The notes: generated by a model from the letters alone, not told the origin. 18,852 nucleotides of DNA from a virus (IMGVR_UViG_3300045988_060630:1-18852), one strand, 5' to 3'; counted from the stretch's first letter, positions 6,111 through 14,537 are shown. Program-made: numbers and translations.

Positions 6111-7124
6111 ATGAGTTACAAGAATTACAAGCGACATCTGGGCAAGATTGAGCTAAACAAAGAAACCGTAGAGCGTAACCGTCTAGCCTTTTTTGAGTTT
6201 TATTTCAATTATTTCTACAATATCGTGGTCAACTATTTCACATGGGAGGGTTTGCCTAACGATATTGACGAGTTATTTATAGAGAAAAAGCTGATACAAA
6301 ATGGACATGTGGCTTTCTTTCATGATGACACTTTTGGCTTTATGGCCCAAGGTGGAACAAGAGGGGAACGCTTAAACCATTATGACCAGCCTTTGACCTA
6401 TCAACCCGTCAACGCTTCCAGTATGAACTATTTTAAACAAATGGAAATCGCTTATACTGAAAACGATTTTAGGGTTATTTCAGAACTACACGAAGCCAAT
6501 CCAGACAAGATTAAAAGACCGTGTATTGTGATTCCTAACAATAATTTCTATGAGCCTTACATCGGCTATTTAGAGTTATTTTGTGAGAAATTGGCAGATA
6601 TTGAGCTGACAATTCAGCTAAACAGGAACGCACAAATCACACCGTATTTCATCTTTGCGGACAATACAAACGTGTTATCAATGAAGAATATCTTTAATAA
6701 GATAGCCAATTTTGAACCCGTTGTATATCTGAACAAGCAGAAAGACCAAGACGGACAAGACAGCTTTAAGCAGTTATCTGACTATATACAAGTTTTCAGA
6801 ACGGACGCACCGTTTTTACTTGACAAGTTGCATGATGAAAAGTTACGAGTGATGAACCAGTTGCTGACCTTTATTGGTATCAACAACAACCCAAGCGATA
6901 AAAAAGAGCGTCTGGTAGTTTCCGAAGCTATTTCTAATAATGGGGTTATCTCAGCGAACATTGAAGTAGGCTGGAAGTCAAGGCGAAAATTCGTTGAGCT
7001 TATCAATAAATGCTACGGGCTAGAAATCAGCGTGAAACCAGCGGAGACTATTCAGCAGTTTAACCTTGATAAAGTGGCGCTAGACCTTGCAGAAAAGGAG
7101 GGAACAATCATTGACCCAGAATAA
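6111..7124 (+). CDS. Portal / head-tail connector (upper collar) protein, phi29 gp10-like
   Basis: Collinear motif matches to phi29 gp10 as I recall it: F.WEGLP..I...F.EK.L...G.V.FF.D, QLNRNAQITP (phi29 NQNAQKTP), VFRTDAP...DKL...K, N.L.TF.GI.NN...KKER.V..E. Size is 337 aa against 309 aa. Confidence 0.9.
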   Translation: MSYKNYKRHLGKIELNKETVERNRLAFFEFYFNYFYNIVVNYFTWEGLPNDIDELFIEKKLIQNGHVAFFHDDTFGFMAQGGTRGERLNHYDQPLTYQPVNASSMNYFKQMEIAYTENDFRVISELHEANPDKIKRPCIVIPNNNFYEPYIGYLELFCEKLADIELTIQLNRNAQITPYFIFADNTNVLSMKNIFNKIANFEPVVYLNKQKDQDGQDSFKQLSDYIQVFRTDAPFLLDKLHDEKLRVMNQLLTFIGINNNPSDKKERLVVSEAISNNGVISANIEVGWKSRRKFVELINKCYGLEISVKPAETIQQFNLDKVALDLAEKEGTIIDPE

Positions 7125-7758
7125 CACCACAGCAACGATTGCAACCTTTTTAAAATCCAGATATAGAAATCCCGTGACGGGACGGCTGGATGGCTTGGCA
7201 GTTGATGAAAACGGCGACTTTCTGCACTATAACACAATTATAGACCAGACCTATAACGAGTTATTTAAAGACATGGAGCTAGTCAACGGAGTTTCAGACA
7301 ATTTCAAGAAAGAGTTTTGCAAACATTTCTACAACAGGGAAATCGGACTTGAGACTTTCGCACGCTTCCAGATAGCCCTTGAAGAAGTTCTAAACAACGA
7401 GTGTTTCAATCTGTTTAAATACCTCGCAGAAATCAGGAACAAGGCTATTAAGGACTTAAACCAGTCTATGAATATTGACACGGTAGGCAACCAGAAAGCA
7501 GACGGGCAAGCCTTACAGATAGCGAACACTACACCACAAGAGCGCAAAGAAATTGTATTTACTGAGCGCTACGGGGTTATAGAATACGCTGACAATCTGG
7601 TAGAGAACCACCAGAAAAACAACGCAGACACAAAAAGCAACGTCTCAGGGTGGAGCGGTTCAAGCCTTGCCGAACGCTTACAAAATAATGCTGAACTGAA
7701 AGACATTCAATTTCAGATTTTCAACATTTGTGATAAGCTGTTTTTACAAGTCTTTTAG
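7111..7758 (+). CDS. Putative lower collar / head-tail adaptor protein
   Basis: The track starts at TTG 7087, but the in-frame TTG at 7111 sits 9 nt after a strong SD (AAAGGAGGG, 7094-7102). It lies directly downstream of the portal gene, as phi29 gene 11 does. The function is inferred from position. Confidence 0.5.
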   Translation: MTQNNTTATIATFLKSRYRNPVTGRLDGLAVDENGDFLHYNTIIDQTYNELFKDMELVNGVSDNFKKEFCKHFYNREIGLETFARFQIALEEVLNNECFNLFKYLAEIRNKAIKDLNQSMNIDTVGNQKADGQALQIANTTPQERKEIVFTERYGVIEYADNLVENHQKNNADTKSNVSGWSGSSLAERLQNNAELKDIQFQIFNICDKLFLQVF

Positions 7759-7770
7759 AAAGGGTCATAG

Positions 7771-8355
7771 ATGAAAGATTTATCAAACGCTAAAATACTA
7801 AAATATGATAGTATGTTAGAAGAAATCACGCTTTTCAGCTTTCAGGATTTTGCTTATAGCGATGATGGTTACTATTATATCCAGTCAAATAGCAGACGCT
7901 TGGGCGACCTTGCTAAGTTGTGGATAAAACTAAAGCCTATTTCTTATCATTATGAAAGCATTGAAAATGAAACTTTTTGGACTATCAGAAAGAGCTATCA
8001 GCCATTACAATCAACTAAGGCGCTTCTATTCATTCGCTTTAAGATTGTGGGAGCTTATTATAGTTTTGAAAGGTTGACAAGCAAAAGCAAGCTGAAAGGC
8101 TTTGCTAGAGTGATTGACGACAACAACTATTTCTCACGGATTCCACTTGTGAACGAGGTGGTGCATTGGGATAACGGAGTTATCGTAACCCCTAACTACC
8201 AGATGAACGTCACAGGGCTAAAAGAAACCCGTGTAGAGATTGATGGTCAGCAACTCCTTGAAGATTGGTCAACATTTAAAATCAATGTAACCAATGGTAG
8301 AAAAGGAGTACCTCGCACCATCATGGCAGCAGAAAGAGGACATGAAACATTATGA
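7771..8355 (+). CDS. Hypothetical virion/morphogenesis protein (194 aa)
   Basis: ORF in the structural operon with an AAAGGG SD. Its stop overlaps the next start (ATGA). Confidence 0.7.
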   Translation: MKDLSNAKILKYDSMLEEITLFSFQDFAYSDDGYYYIQSNSRRLGDLAKLWIKLKPISYHYESIENETFWTIRKSYQPLQSTKALLFIRFKIVGAYYSFERLTSKSKLKGFARVIDDNNYFSRIPLVNEVVHWDNGVIVTPNYQMNVTGLKETRVEIDGQQLLEDWSTFKINVTNGRKGVPRTIMAAERGHETL

Positions 8356-8672
8356 TAATTATCAACTTGTCCGAGACAACGGACACGCTACAAATCGAAG
8401 TCATGGGACACGGAGATGATAAAGACCAGTCTTGCGCCCGTGTTTCTACCGTTTGCGATTGTATTTATTTAGGATTTAAAGACCAGCTAGAGAAATACAA
8501 GAAGCACAACGGCTACACACTTTTAATTGCTGATAAGAAAAAGCTAGGACGTAAAGGTATTTTACTTTTGCGCTATCTTGAGTACATCGAAGCATTAAAA
8601 GAACTCTATCCAAACTCAATCAAAATCGAAAACAAAACAAAAGGAGCAAAAGAAGATGGCAAAGACAACTAA
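8352..8672 (+). CDS. Prp-family (DUF464, peptidase C108-like) cysteine protease; probable capsid maturation protease
   Basis: The 106-aa protein aligns by eye with Staphylococcus Prp, also about 106 aa. Shared features: MI.... N-terminus, GH(G/A) with His20, D.SCARVS with Cys28 (Prp: D.VCAGAS), and C-terminal L.L....L..L.EL.YPN.I.I. The position corresponds to Cp-1 orf13, which was experimentally shown to be a protease. Confidence 0.7.
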   Translation: MIIINLSETTDTLQIEVMGHGDDKDQSCARVSTVCDCIYLGFKDQLEKYKKHNGYTLLIADKKKLGRKGILLLRYLEYIEALKELYPNSIKIENKTKGAKEDGKDN

Positions 8673-9621
8673 ACTTGTACGGGGTATTTACTCATGGATT
8701 AAGTTCCAGAAACATCAGGGTATTGAGAGCTTAACTATTGAGGGTAAGCAGGCGCTTGCAGATATTTCTCAAGATAAAAACGGAGACGCTAACCTAGTTT
8801 TAAATGCTGACAAGGACAAAGTGAACACAGTAGCATCAAACGTGCCTTATCTTGCTGTTTCTCATACAACCACAGGGACAGACCCGAACCAAGAGAAAAC
8901 AGCAACTATCAGCCATGACTTGACACAATTTAACCTTGGAAGTGATGGCTTGATTGACGTCTCAAAAACTGAAACATCTATCACACTATACACTACTAAA
9001 ATTACTGAAAAAATCAATGAAGTAGTAAATAGCGCAGTTACAACAAAAGAAACTGAAATCAAAGACTATGTAAATACAACGCTTTCAACAAAAGAAGAAA
9101 CATTGAAAGATTTTGTAAGAGACCAAACAGCGGGAGCGGTTGGGGTATCTCCTACTTATGTAGCTGATGAAATCCGCAAGGTTAAAGAAGAGTTAGAAGC
9201 TGAAATCAATGCACATGCTGGAAGCGGTTCAACTAATCAAGATTTACATTTAGTCCACTGGGCTAAAGGTTCAAGCAGTGGACATAATAGTGCAAAATAT
9301 GCTGTTCATGGCGTTTCAAACCGTGTATTGATAAGCGTTTCAATTTCATATTATGTAGATAATAAAACAGTTATTGAACATCTTTTCGTACCATCTGGAC
9401 AAGTTACTGATTATGTTAAAAACGGTATAGGTATTGAATGTTCTAACGCGTCAGATGGTAATGATTTAACTATTACATTGCCAGTAAAAACTGATAGTTT
9501 CCAAGTTGACCTTATCACTTACGCTTATCCGTTTGGTGGCTTTACAGACGTAAACGCAGACGTGACACCAGACCCATCTTATACGCCAGTCCGTGAAAAC
9601 ACTGCACCAGTGCCACAATAA
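8656..9621 (+). CDS. Putative fibre/appendage structural protein (321 aa)
   Basis: AAAGGAG SD. The central region has 15-residue repeats (TKETEIKDYVNTTLS / TKEETLKDFVRDQTA), which are helical, followed by a beta-rich C-terminal domain. No enzymatic motifs. Confidence 0.6.
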   Translation: MAKTTKLVRGIYSWIKFQKHQGIESLTIEGKQALADISQDKNGDANLVLNADKDKVNTVASNVPYLAVSHTTTGTDPNQEKTATISHDLTQFNLGSDGLIDVSKTETSITLYTTKITEKINEVVNSAVTTKETEIKDYVNTTLSTKEETLKDFVRDQTAGAVGVSPTYVADEIRKVKEELEAEINAHAGSGSTNQDLHLVHWAKGSSSGHNSAKYAVHGVSNRVLISVSISYYVDNKTVIEHLFVPSGQVTDYVKNGIGIECSNASDGNDLTITLPVKTDSFQVDLITYAYPFGGFTDVNADVTPDPSYTPVRENTAPVPQ

Positions 9622-9637
9622 GAAAGGATTTTAACAC

Positions 9638-10414
9638 ATGAATCCAGAAGAATTTAAAGATGAATTTTTCCGAGCTTATCGGGGGCGCTATTCTTCTTAC
9701 TGGGTGGAGCGTTGGGGGCTTATCCCCTCAATCCCTACCAGCTTTGATAATGCCAATTCTATTTACGAGCTTTTGGCTTGGCTACAGCGTGCCTTTAAGC
9801 AACTACTAGATGACTTTGTGGCTTTGGAAAGCGAACTAGAAGATTATAAGAACGCTTTGACAGAATTGTTGGAGCAACTTATTCCCTTACTTATCCGCCG
9901 TTACATGGAAAGCAAGGAAGCGGACGACTGGTTTAACAAAAAAGCAGACATCTACTATAGCAAGATTATCAAGCCTTACATTGACGCAGAGATTGCTAAA
10001 GTCAATAAGAAAATCGCTGAACTTGAAAAGAAAGTAGATGATGAAGTTAAGCGCCTTGATGGACGGATTGACGCTTTAAACGACAAGCTAGAAAAAGAAA
10101 TCAAGAAGCTTGACGACAGAATCACAAAGGAAGTTGAAACCTTAAACAACCGTATCACAGCGGAAAACAACGTGCTCAAGGAGCGAATCGAAGCCCTAGA
10201 AAATGCTAACACAGGTTTGCAAAACGCTTTGCGTAAAATCATTGAAAACCTTGAGGGTTCAGGCGCTTGGACTGGTGGCTTGACTGGTGGATTTAACCAA
10301 GGGCGCAACATCGCAACAGGTAACATCAACGTATTCGGTGGAACACCAGACGGTAACAGCTTTATCCGAACCAACAACGGAAGCACAGAAAACGACCTCG
10401 CTGGAGGTATCTAA
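9638..10414 (+). CDS. Putative coiled-coil tail fibre / collar appendage protein (258 aa)
   Basis: There is a long charged helical segment with 11-residue periodicity (EIKKLDDRITK / EVETLNNRITA / ENNVLKERIEA) and a Gly-rich C-terminus (GSGAWTGGLTGGFNQG...GGTPDG). Confidence 0.6.
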   Translation: MNPEEFKDEFFRAYRGRYSSYWVERWGLIPSIPTSFDNANSIYELLAWLQRAFKQLLDDFVALESELEDYKNALTELLEQLIPLLIRRYMESKEADDWFNKKADIYYSKIIKPYIDAEIAKVNKKIAELEKKVDDEVKRLDGRIDALNDKLEKEIKKLDDRITKEVETLNNRITAENNVLKERIEALENANTGLQNALRKIIENLEGSGAWTGGLTGGFNQGRNIATGNINVFGGTPDGNSFIRTNNGSTENDLAGGI

Positions 10415-11166
10415 TGGCTTTACACTTAAAATTTTCAACCTCAACAAATGCCAACGTGGAAAACTTTGGGACAGGTGTACCACCTTGGACGCAAGCATAC
10501 GCCAACGCTTGGCAGTTCTCAGGAGACACAGACTATGGTTATATGACCAATGGCAATACGACCTATATACAGTACGGGCAAAATGACCCGTCTGTATGGG
10601 CGTCAATGCGTTTCTGGTGCGAAAGCGTGGAAATCCTAGAAGAGACAACCAACGCAGACAACTCTATCACAGCTAAAATCAGAGTAAAAGCGCTTTTTTG
10701 GTGGTCAAAACGGGTCAGCTCAAATGCTGGGTATCGGGTAGAGTATGACATCAGGGTAAACGGTCAGACTATCTGGACGTTTAGCGGTTACACAACCGAT
10801 GAAGTGATTAAAAATGACGAGAGTTCTCAAGAGTTTACCGTCACTATACCAGCCGAGGGCAGTTCCTCTGCCTCCGCCTTAAATATCAGCGTCAGCTATC
10901 CAGACGGGCAATACTCAAACAATTCATTTTATGTGGGTATGTTTCTATACAATCCTAATAAGAAGAGTATCAAGCCGTGGGCTATCCGTAAGAGCGGAAT
11001 CTTTAAGACCTTAAACCGTCCATCGGGTATCTTCCAACAGAGAAAAGGCAGTTGGAAAGACATCAGCGCCCAACCCTCAAACGCAGTCGGGCAAGCAGTC
11101 AGCGCACCGCACAGCATGAGAAAGTCGGGTCAATGGATAGGACAAGGACAGATAGGACAACAATAA
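10414..11166 (+). CDS. Putative tail/receptor-binding structural protein (250 aa)
   Basis: TAATG stop-start overlap with the upstream gene, with GGAGG upstream. The sequence is Trp/Tyr/Asn-rich and beta-type. The C-terminus has three degenerate RK(S)G.W motifs. A terminator follows. Confidence 0.6.
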   Translation: MALHLKFSTSTNANVENFGTGVPPWTQAYANAWQFSGDTDYGYMTNGNTTYIQYGQNDPSVWASMRFWCESVEILEETTNADNSITAKIRVKALFWWSKRVSSNAGYRVEYDIRVNGQTIWTFSGYTTDEVIKNDESSQEFTVTIPAEGSSSASALNISVSYPDGQYSNNSFYVGMFLYNPNKKSIKPWAIRKSGIFKTLNRPSGIFQQRKGSWKDISAQPSNAVGQAVSAPHSMRKSGQWIGQGQIGQQ

Positions 11167-11167
11167 G

Positions 11168-11192
11168 GGAGGGTTTCAGCCCTCCTATTTTT
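11168..11192 (+). terminator. Rho-independent terminator
   Basis: Stem ggaggg (11168-11173) / ccctcc (11180-11185), loop tttcag, followed by tattttt. Confidence 0.7.
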
Positions 11193-11204
11193 AAAGGAGA
11201 GACT

Positions 11205-12695
11205 ATGCAAGAATCTACTAAAATATGGCTTTATGCAAAAAGCCCGTTTAAAAATGACTATGCTAATGTACTCAATTTTGAGACAAAAGAAGCTATGGAG
11301 GATTTTTTCACGAAGAAGAATCCGCATATAGAAATTGTATACGAGTATGACAAGTTTCAATATACACAAAGAAACGGGTCAATTGTAGTTTCTGGACGGG
11401 TAGAGAAATATGAAAATGTAACGTACATGAGATTTATTAACAACGGTAGAACCTACTATGCCTTTGTCTTTGACGTGCTTTATATCAATGAAGACGCTAC
11501 ACGCATTATATATGAAGTGGACGTATGGAACACCTACCAGCACGAACTAAAGGCGCTTAACGTGATTGGACAGGTGGAGCAACAGACATTGCCTAATGAG
11601 TTGTGGGCGCTGAAAGACAGTCAGCAAGGTTTTTCAGTTGGGACGAAGTACGCTACACGGGCTGGAGAGGTTGGGATAGATACAGAGTGGCTTGTAGTCG
11701 TGGCAAAGCCTACTATAAAGATGACAACCAAGGCAAACAGACCTGTAAATATGAGTTATTCAGGTATGCAGAAAACGTTTAAATACTTTTTTATCCCTGT
11801 AAATTTGAAAAGTGGAGCGTCCAGACCGTTTATTTTCCAAGGCAAAAAGTATGACAGCTTTTACCTTGAAAACCTTTATAAGCACCTTTTCGGGTTGAAT
11901 CAAGACGGCAGTAGCACCGTAAACCAGATTGTAAACATGTATTTAAGCCGAGATATTGGGGTAAAATACAAGGAAACAACCGATGGCGACAAGACCTATA
12001 TAGAAATCTTGTCTAACATCACAGGAAGCGTTGCAGAAATTGGGCGAAAAAACACTCGAAACTATCGCACATCAGGAAGCAGTTCAAGCGGTGGAAGTGG
12101 TAGCACCAACGAAGAGGGCGACACATCGACAGAGGAAAGCCGTGTTAGGTTAGTAACCCGAATTATTAAAAAGCTAGTGCCAGACGCTACGGCGGAGGGT
12201 ATCGCTGGAATTATCGGAAACTTTTCAGCAGAAAGCAACGTCACAGCCAAGAAATACGAAGCGGACTATGCTACAGGCTACGAGTACGAGAAAATTGAAT
12301 CAGAGCCAACAGCAGAAAACCTCATGGGAAGCTGGGGCGCTTTTGCTAGTCTCTACTCTATCAGCTTGAATGAAGCTGGATATAGAGGGAGTGACGGTAA
12401 GCACTGGATAGGTATTGGGATAGGTCAGTGGACGGGTCCAAGGGCAGAGGAGCTTTTGAACTTTGCAAGAAGTCAAGGGAAATCATTGTGGGACTTTAAC
12501 CTACAATTTCAATTCATGAACCAAGAAAGCAGAGCGGACACGTTTAGACGTGTAGCAAGTTCTACAGCAAGCGCCAGCACTAATGCAAGCGACTTTATGA
12601 ACAACTGGGAGGGGGTAGCCTATAAGGAAGCGGAACGCATAGAGCAGGCAAACGCATGGCTATCTACTATTCAAGACGAACTACAGAAAGGGTAA
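11205..12695 (+). CDS. Tail knob protein, N-terminal half (phi29 gp9 N-domain-like) fused to a phage tail lysozyme domain
   Basis: The true start is the ATG at 11205 (AAAGGAGA SD); the 11052 extension crosses the terminator. The N-terminus (SPFKNDYANV..., YMRF.N..RTYYAFV........T.I.YEVDVWNT) matches my recollection of phi29 gp9. A Ser/Gly linker (SGSSSSGGSGS) follows. The C-terminus (IAGIIGNFSAES ... GIGIGQWTGPRAEELLNFA ... QFQFM) has the phi29 gp13-type tail lysozyme signature. Confidence 0.8.
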   Translation: MQESTKIWLYAKSPFKNDYANVLNFETKEAMEDFFTKKNPHIEIVYEYDKFQYTQRNGSIVVSGRVEKYENVTYMRFINNGRTYYAFVFDVLYINEDATRIIYEVDVWNTYQHELKALNVIGQVEQQTLPNELWALKDSQQGFSVGTKYATRAGEVGIDTEWLVVVAKPTIKMTTKANRPVNMSYSGMQKTFKYFFIPVNLKSGASRPFIFQGKKYDSFYLENLYKHLFGLNQDGSSTVNQIVNMYLSRDIGVKYKETTDGDKTYIEILSNITGSVAEIGRKNTRNYRTSGSSSSGGSGSTNEEGDTSTEESRVRLVTRIIKKLVPDATAEGIAGIIGNFSAESNVTAKKYEADYATGYEYEKIESEPTAENLMGSWGAFASLYSISLNEAGYRGSDGKHWIGIGIGQWTGPRAEELLNFARSQGKSLWDFNLQFQFMNQESRADTFRRVASSTASASTNASDFMNNWEGVAYKEAERIEQANAWLSTIQDELQKG

Positions 12696-12698
12696 ACA

Positions 12699-14537
12699 AT
12701 GGCAGAAGCAACAGAAACGCTAAAAGCACTAAATGAAATCAAATCAAGGGTGGGTACTAGCGTAGGTAACGGGCAATGTTACGGGCTAGTGGCGCTATAT
12801 TCTCAGCTTTTGGGAGGTTGTGACATCGGGGGAGGTATCAACACCCCGAACCCGAACGGTAACGGCAGACAAGCCAGCGGAAGCGATACGCAGAGGGGTA
12901 TGAGTGCCAGTAACATCGGGGGCGATTATGACTGGGAAGCCTTGGGCTGGAAAGTCCGCTTTGACCCGTCTTGGGCTGATTTAAGAGTAGGCTGTATTGT
13001 GAACTATATCCCGTCAGGTAGCAATATCTGGGGGCATACGGCTGTTATATCAGCGGTCAACGGCTCAAGCTATGACGTTATAGAGCAGAATTATGCTTGG
13101 AGTGGTTACACAACAGAAAGAACAGGTATAGACACGGTTGCCAATATTGAAAGCATTATCTACCCTCCCGAAGTCGTGGCAGGTGGCGATATTGGAGAGA
13201 TAACAGGTAACACAGGAGATAGACAGCTAGGAAACGGGGACTACTCAAAAACAGCCTTTGACGTTGAAGCCTTGCTGATTGAAGTTGACGGATTTTTTGA
13301 CTATCGACCTAATGTGTACGAAGTGCCAAACCTCCTAAAAATCGCTTATGACCAGATACAAGAGGGGCTACGCTCATATATGGGTAAAGACGACCTAGAA
13401 ATAGAAGTACAGCTATTAAATAGTGAGTTCACAGAGATAGAGCTTTATGATATTTACGGGAATAGTTATGTGTATCAACCGCAGTATTTACCAAGAACGA
13501 TTGACGAAGCCCACAAGTATAAAGTTATTGTAAGCGGTAGCCTTGGCGATAGTAACCAAGTACATATTAACTTTTTAGAATATAACAACGCTAACAATAT
13601 CAGCTACGCAGACCAGAACATTTTGGAAAATCTCGGTACGGGAACATGGGCAGAACATAACCCAGAGCATTTCAAATACGGCTTGAATGACGTTACAGGA
13701 AAAAGCGTTGCAATCCTAAATGACGCAGAAGCCAGCTATATTCAGAGTCATAAGAATCAGATGGAGCATACACAGCTTACATTTAAAGAGAATCGGGACA
13801 TGCTGAAACAGAGTGTAGACCTTTCTAATAAACAAGTTGCTACAGCCAACTCACAAGCCAGCTACAACGCACAGTTTGCCGTAGACAGCGCCAACATTAA
13901 CCAATGGACAGAGGGCGCAAGCGGAATCTTAAACGTGGCTGGAAATCTCCTAACAGGTAACTTTGGGGGCGCACTTGGTGGGCTTGCGTCAGGTGGTATG
14001 AAAGTTTTCAACGCTAACCGTGATTATAATGATAAAGTGGTACAGCAGGGGTTTACCAGCGAAAACAACGCTTTGAAATCTCAATCAAACGCACTCGCTA
14101 ACATGAAATCTAAGATAGCACTAGACCAATCCATCAGAGCCTACAACGCAACGATGGCAGACCTACAAAATCAGCCTATCAGCGTCCAACAAATTGGGAA
14201 TGACCTTGCTTTCCAATCAGGGAACAGACTAACAGACGTTTATTGGAAAGTCTCCCTAGCTCAAAAAGAAATCATGGGACGGGCTAACGAGTACATCAAG
14301 TGCTACGGGGTGCTTGTCAACTGGTTCACTAATGACGCTTTAAGTGTAATGAGGTCAAGAAAGCGGTTTAATTATATCAAGATGATTAACGTTAACCTTG
14401 GAACACTAAGAGCGAACCAGTCGCACATGAACGCTATTCAGGCTATTTTTCAATCAGGTGTAAGGATATGGAACTATTCAGTCAATAAAGCAGACAGCAT
14501 TTTGTTTGATATTCAGAAAAACAACCCGAATTTTTAA
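12699..14537 (+). CDS. Tail knob protein, C-terminal half, with an N-terminal CHAP peptidoglycan hydrolase domain
   Basis: CHAP signature: GNGQCYGLV (Cys at 12777-12779), IWGHTAVI (His at 13035-13037), VIEQN. The C-terminal ~250 aa has a Gly-rich hydrophobic loop and ends ...FNYIKMINVN...IFQSGVRIWN, which resembles the phi29 gp9 C-terminal region. It is in the same frame as the upstream ORF. Confidence 0.8.
   Translation: MAEATETLKALNEIKSRVGTSVGNGQCYGLVALYSQLLGGCDIGGGINTPNPNGNGRQASGSDTQRGMSASNIGGDYDWEALGWKVRFDPSWADLRVGCIVNYIPSGSNIWGHTAVISAVNGSSYDVIEQNYAWSGYTTERTGIDTVANIESIIYPPEVVAGGDIGEITGNTGDRQLGNGDYSKTAFDVEALLIEVDGFFDYRPNVYEVPNLLKIAYDQIQEGLRSYMGKDDLEIEVQLLNSEFTEIELYDIYGNSYVYQPQYLPRTIDEAHKYKVIVSGSLGDSNQVHINFLEYNNANNISYADQNILENLGTGTWAEHNPEHFKYGLNDVTGKSVAILNDAEASYIQSHKNQMEHTQLTFKENRDMLKQSVDLSNKQVATANSQASYNAQFAVDSANINQWTEGASGILNVAGNLLTGNFGGALGGLASGGMKVFNANRDYNDKVVQQGFTSENNALKSQSNALANMKSKIALDQSIRAYNATMADLQNQPISVQQIGNDLAFQSGNRLTDVYWKVSLAQKEIMGRANEYIKCYGVLVNWFTNDALSVMRSRKRFNYIKMINVNLGTLRANQSHMNAIQAIFQSGVRIWNYSVNKADSILFDIQKNNPNF

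Noticed and set aside
3893-8000. Antisense or out-of-frame ORFs across the early and structural genes: 3893-4165 (-), 4776-4976 (-), 5020-5271 (-), 5168-5362 (+), 5366-5623 (+), 5541-5966 (-), 6782-7006 (-), 7052-7237 (-) and 7329-7547 (-).
   Set aside because: All are nested in longer ORFs that have SD sites and recognisable homology (capsid, portal). They have no ribosome-binding sites. A genome this compact with + strand operon organisation argues against them.
11052-11204. The N-terminal extension of the tail-knob ORF, which the track starts at 11052.
   Set aside because: The extension overlaps the end of the upstream gene and crosses an intrinsic terminator (11168-11192). A strong SD and ATG at 11205 give an N-terminus (MQESTKIWLYAKSPFKNDY) that aligns with the start of phi29 gp9.
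8862-12250. Shadow ORFs in the fibre and tail genes: 8862-9062 (-), 9976-10386 (-), 10259-10648 (-), 10287-10586 (+), 10563-10751 (-), 10929-11117 (-), 11130-11369 (-) and 12062-12250 (-).
   Set aside because: The long antisense frame at 9976-10386 is the usual by-product of a repetitive coiled-coil coding region with few stop-complement codons. The others have no SD and lie inside better-supported genes.
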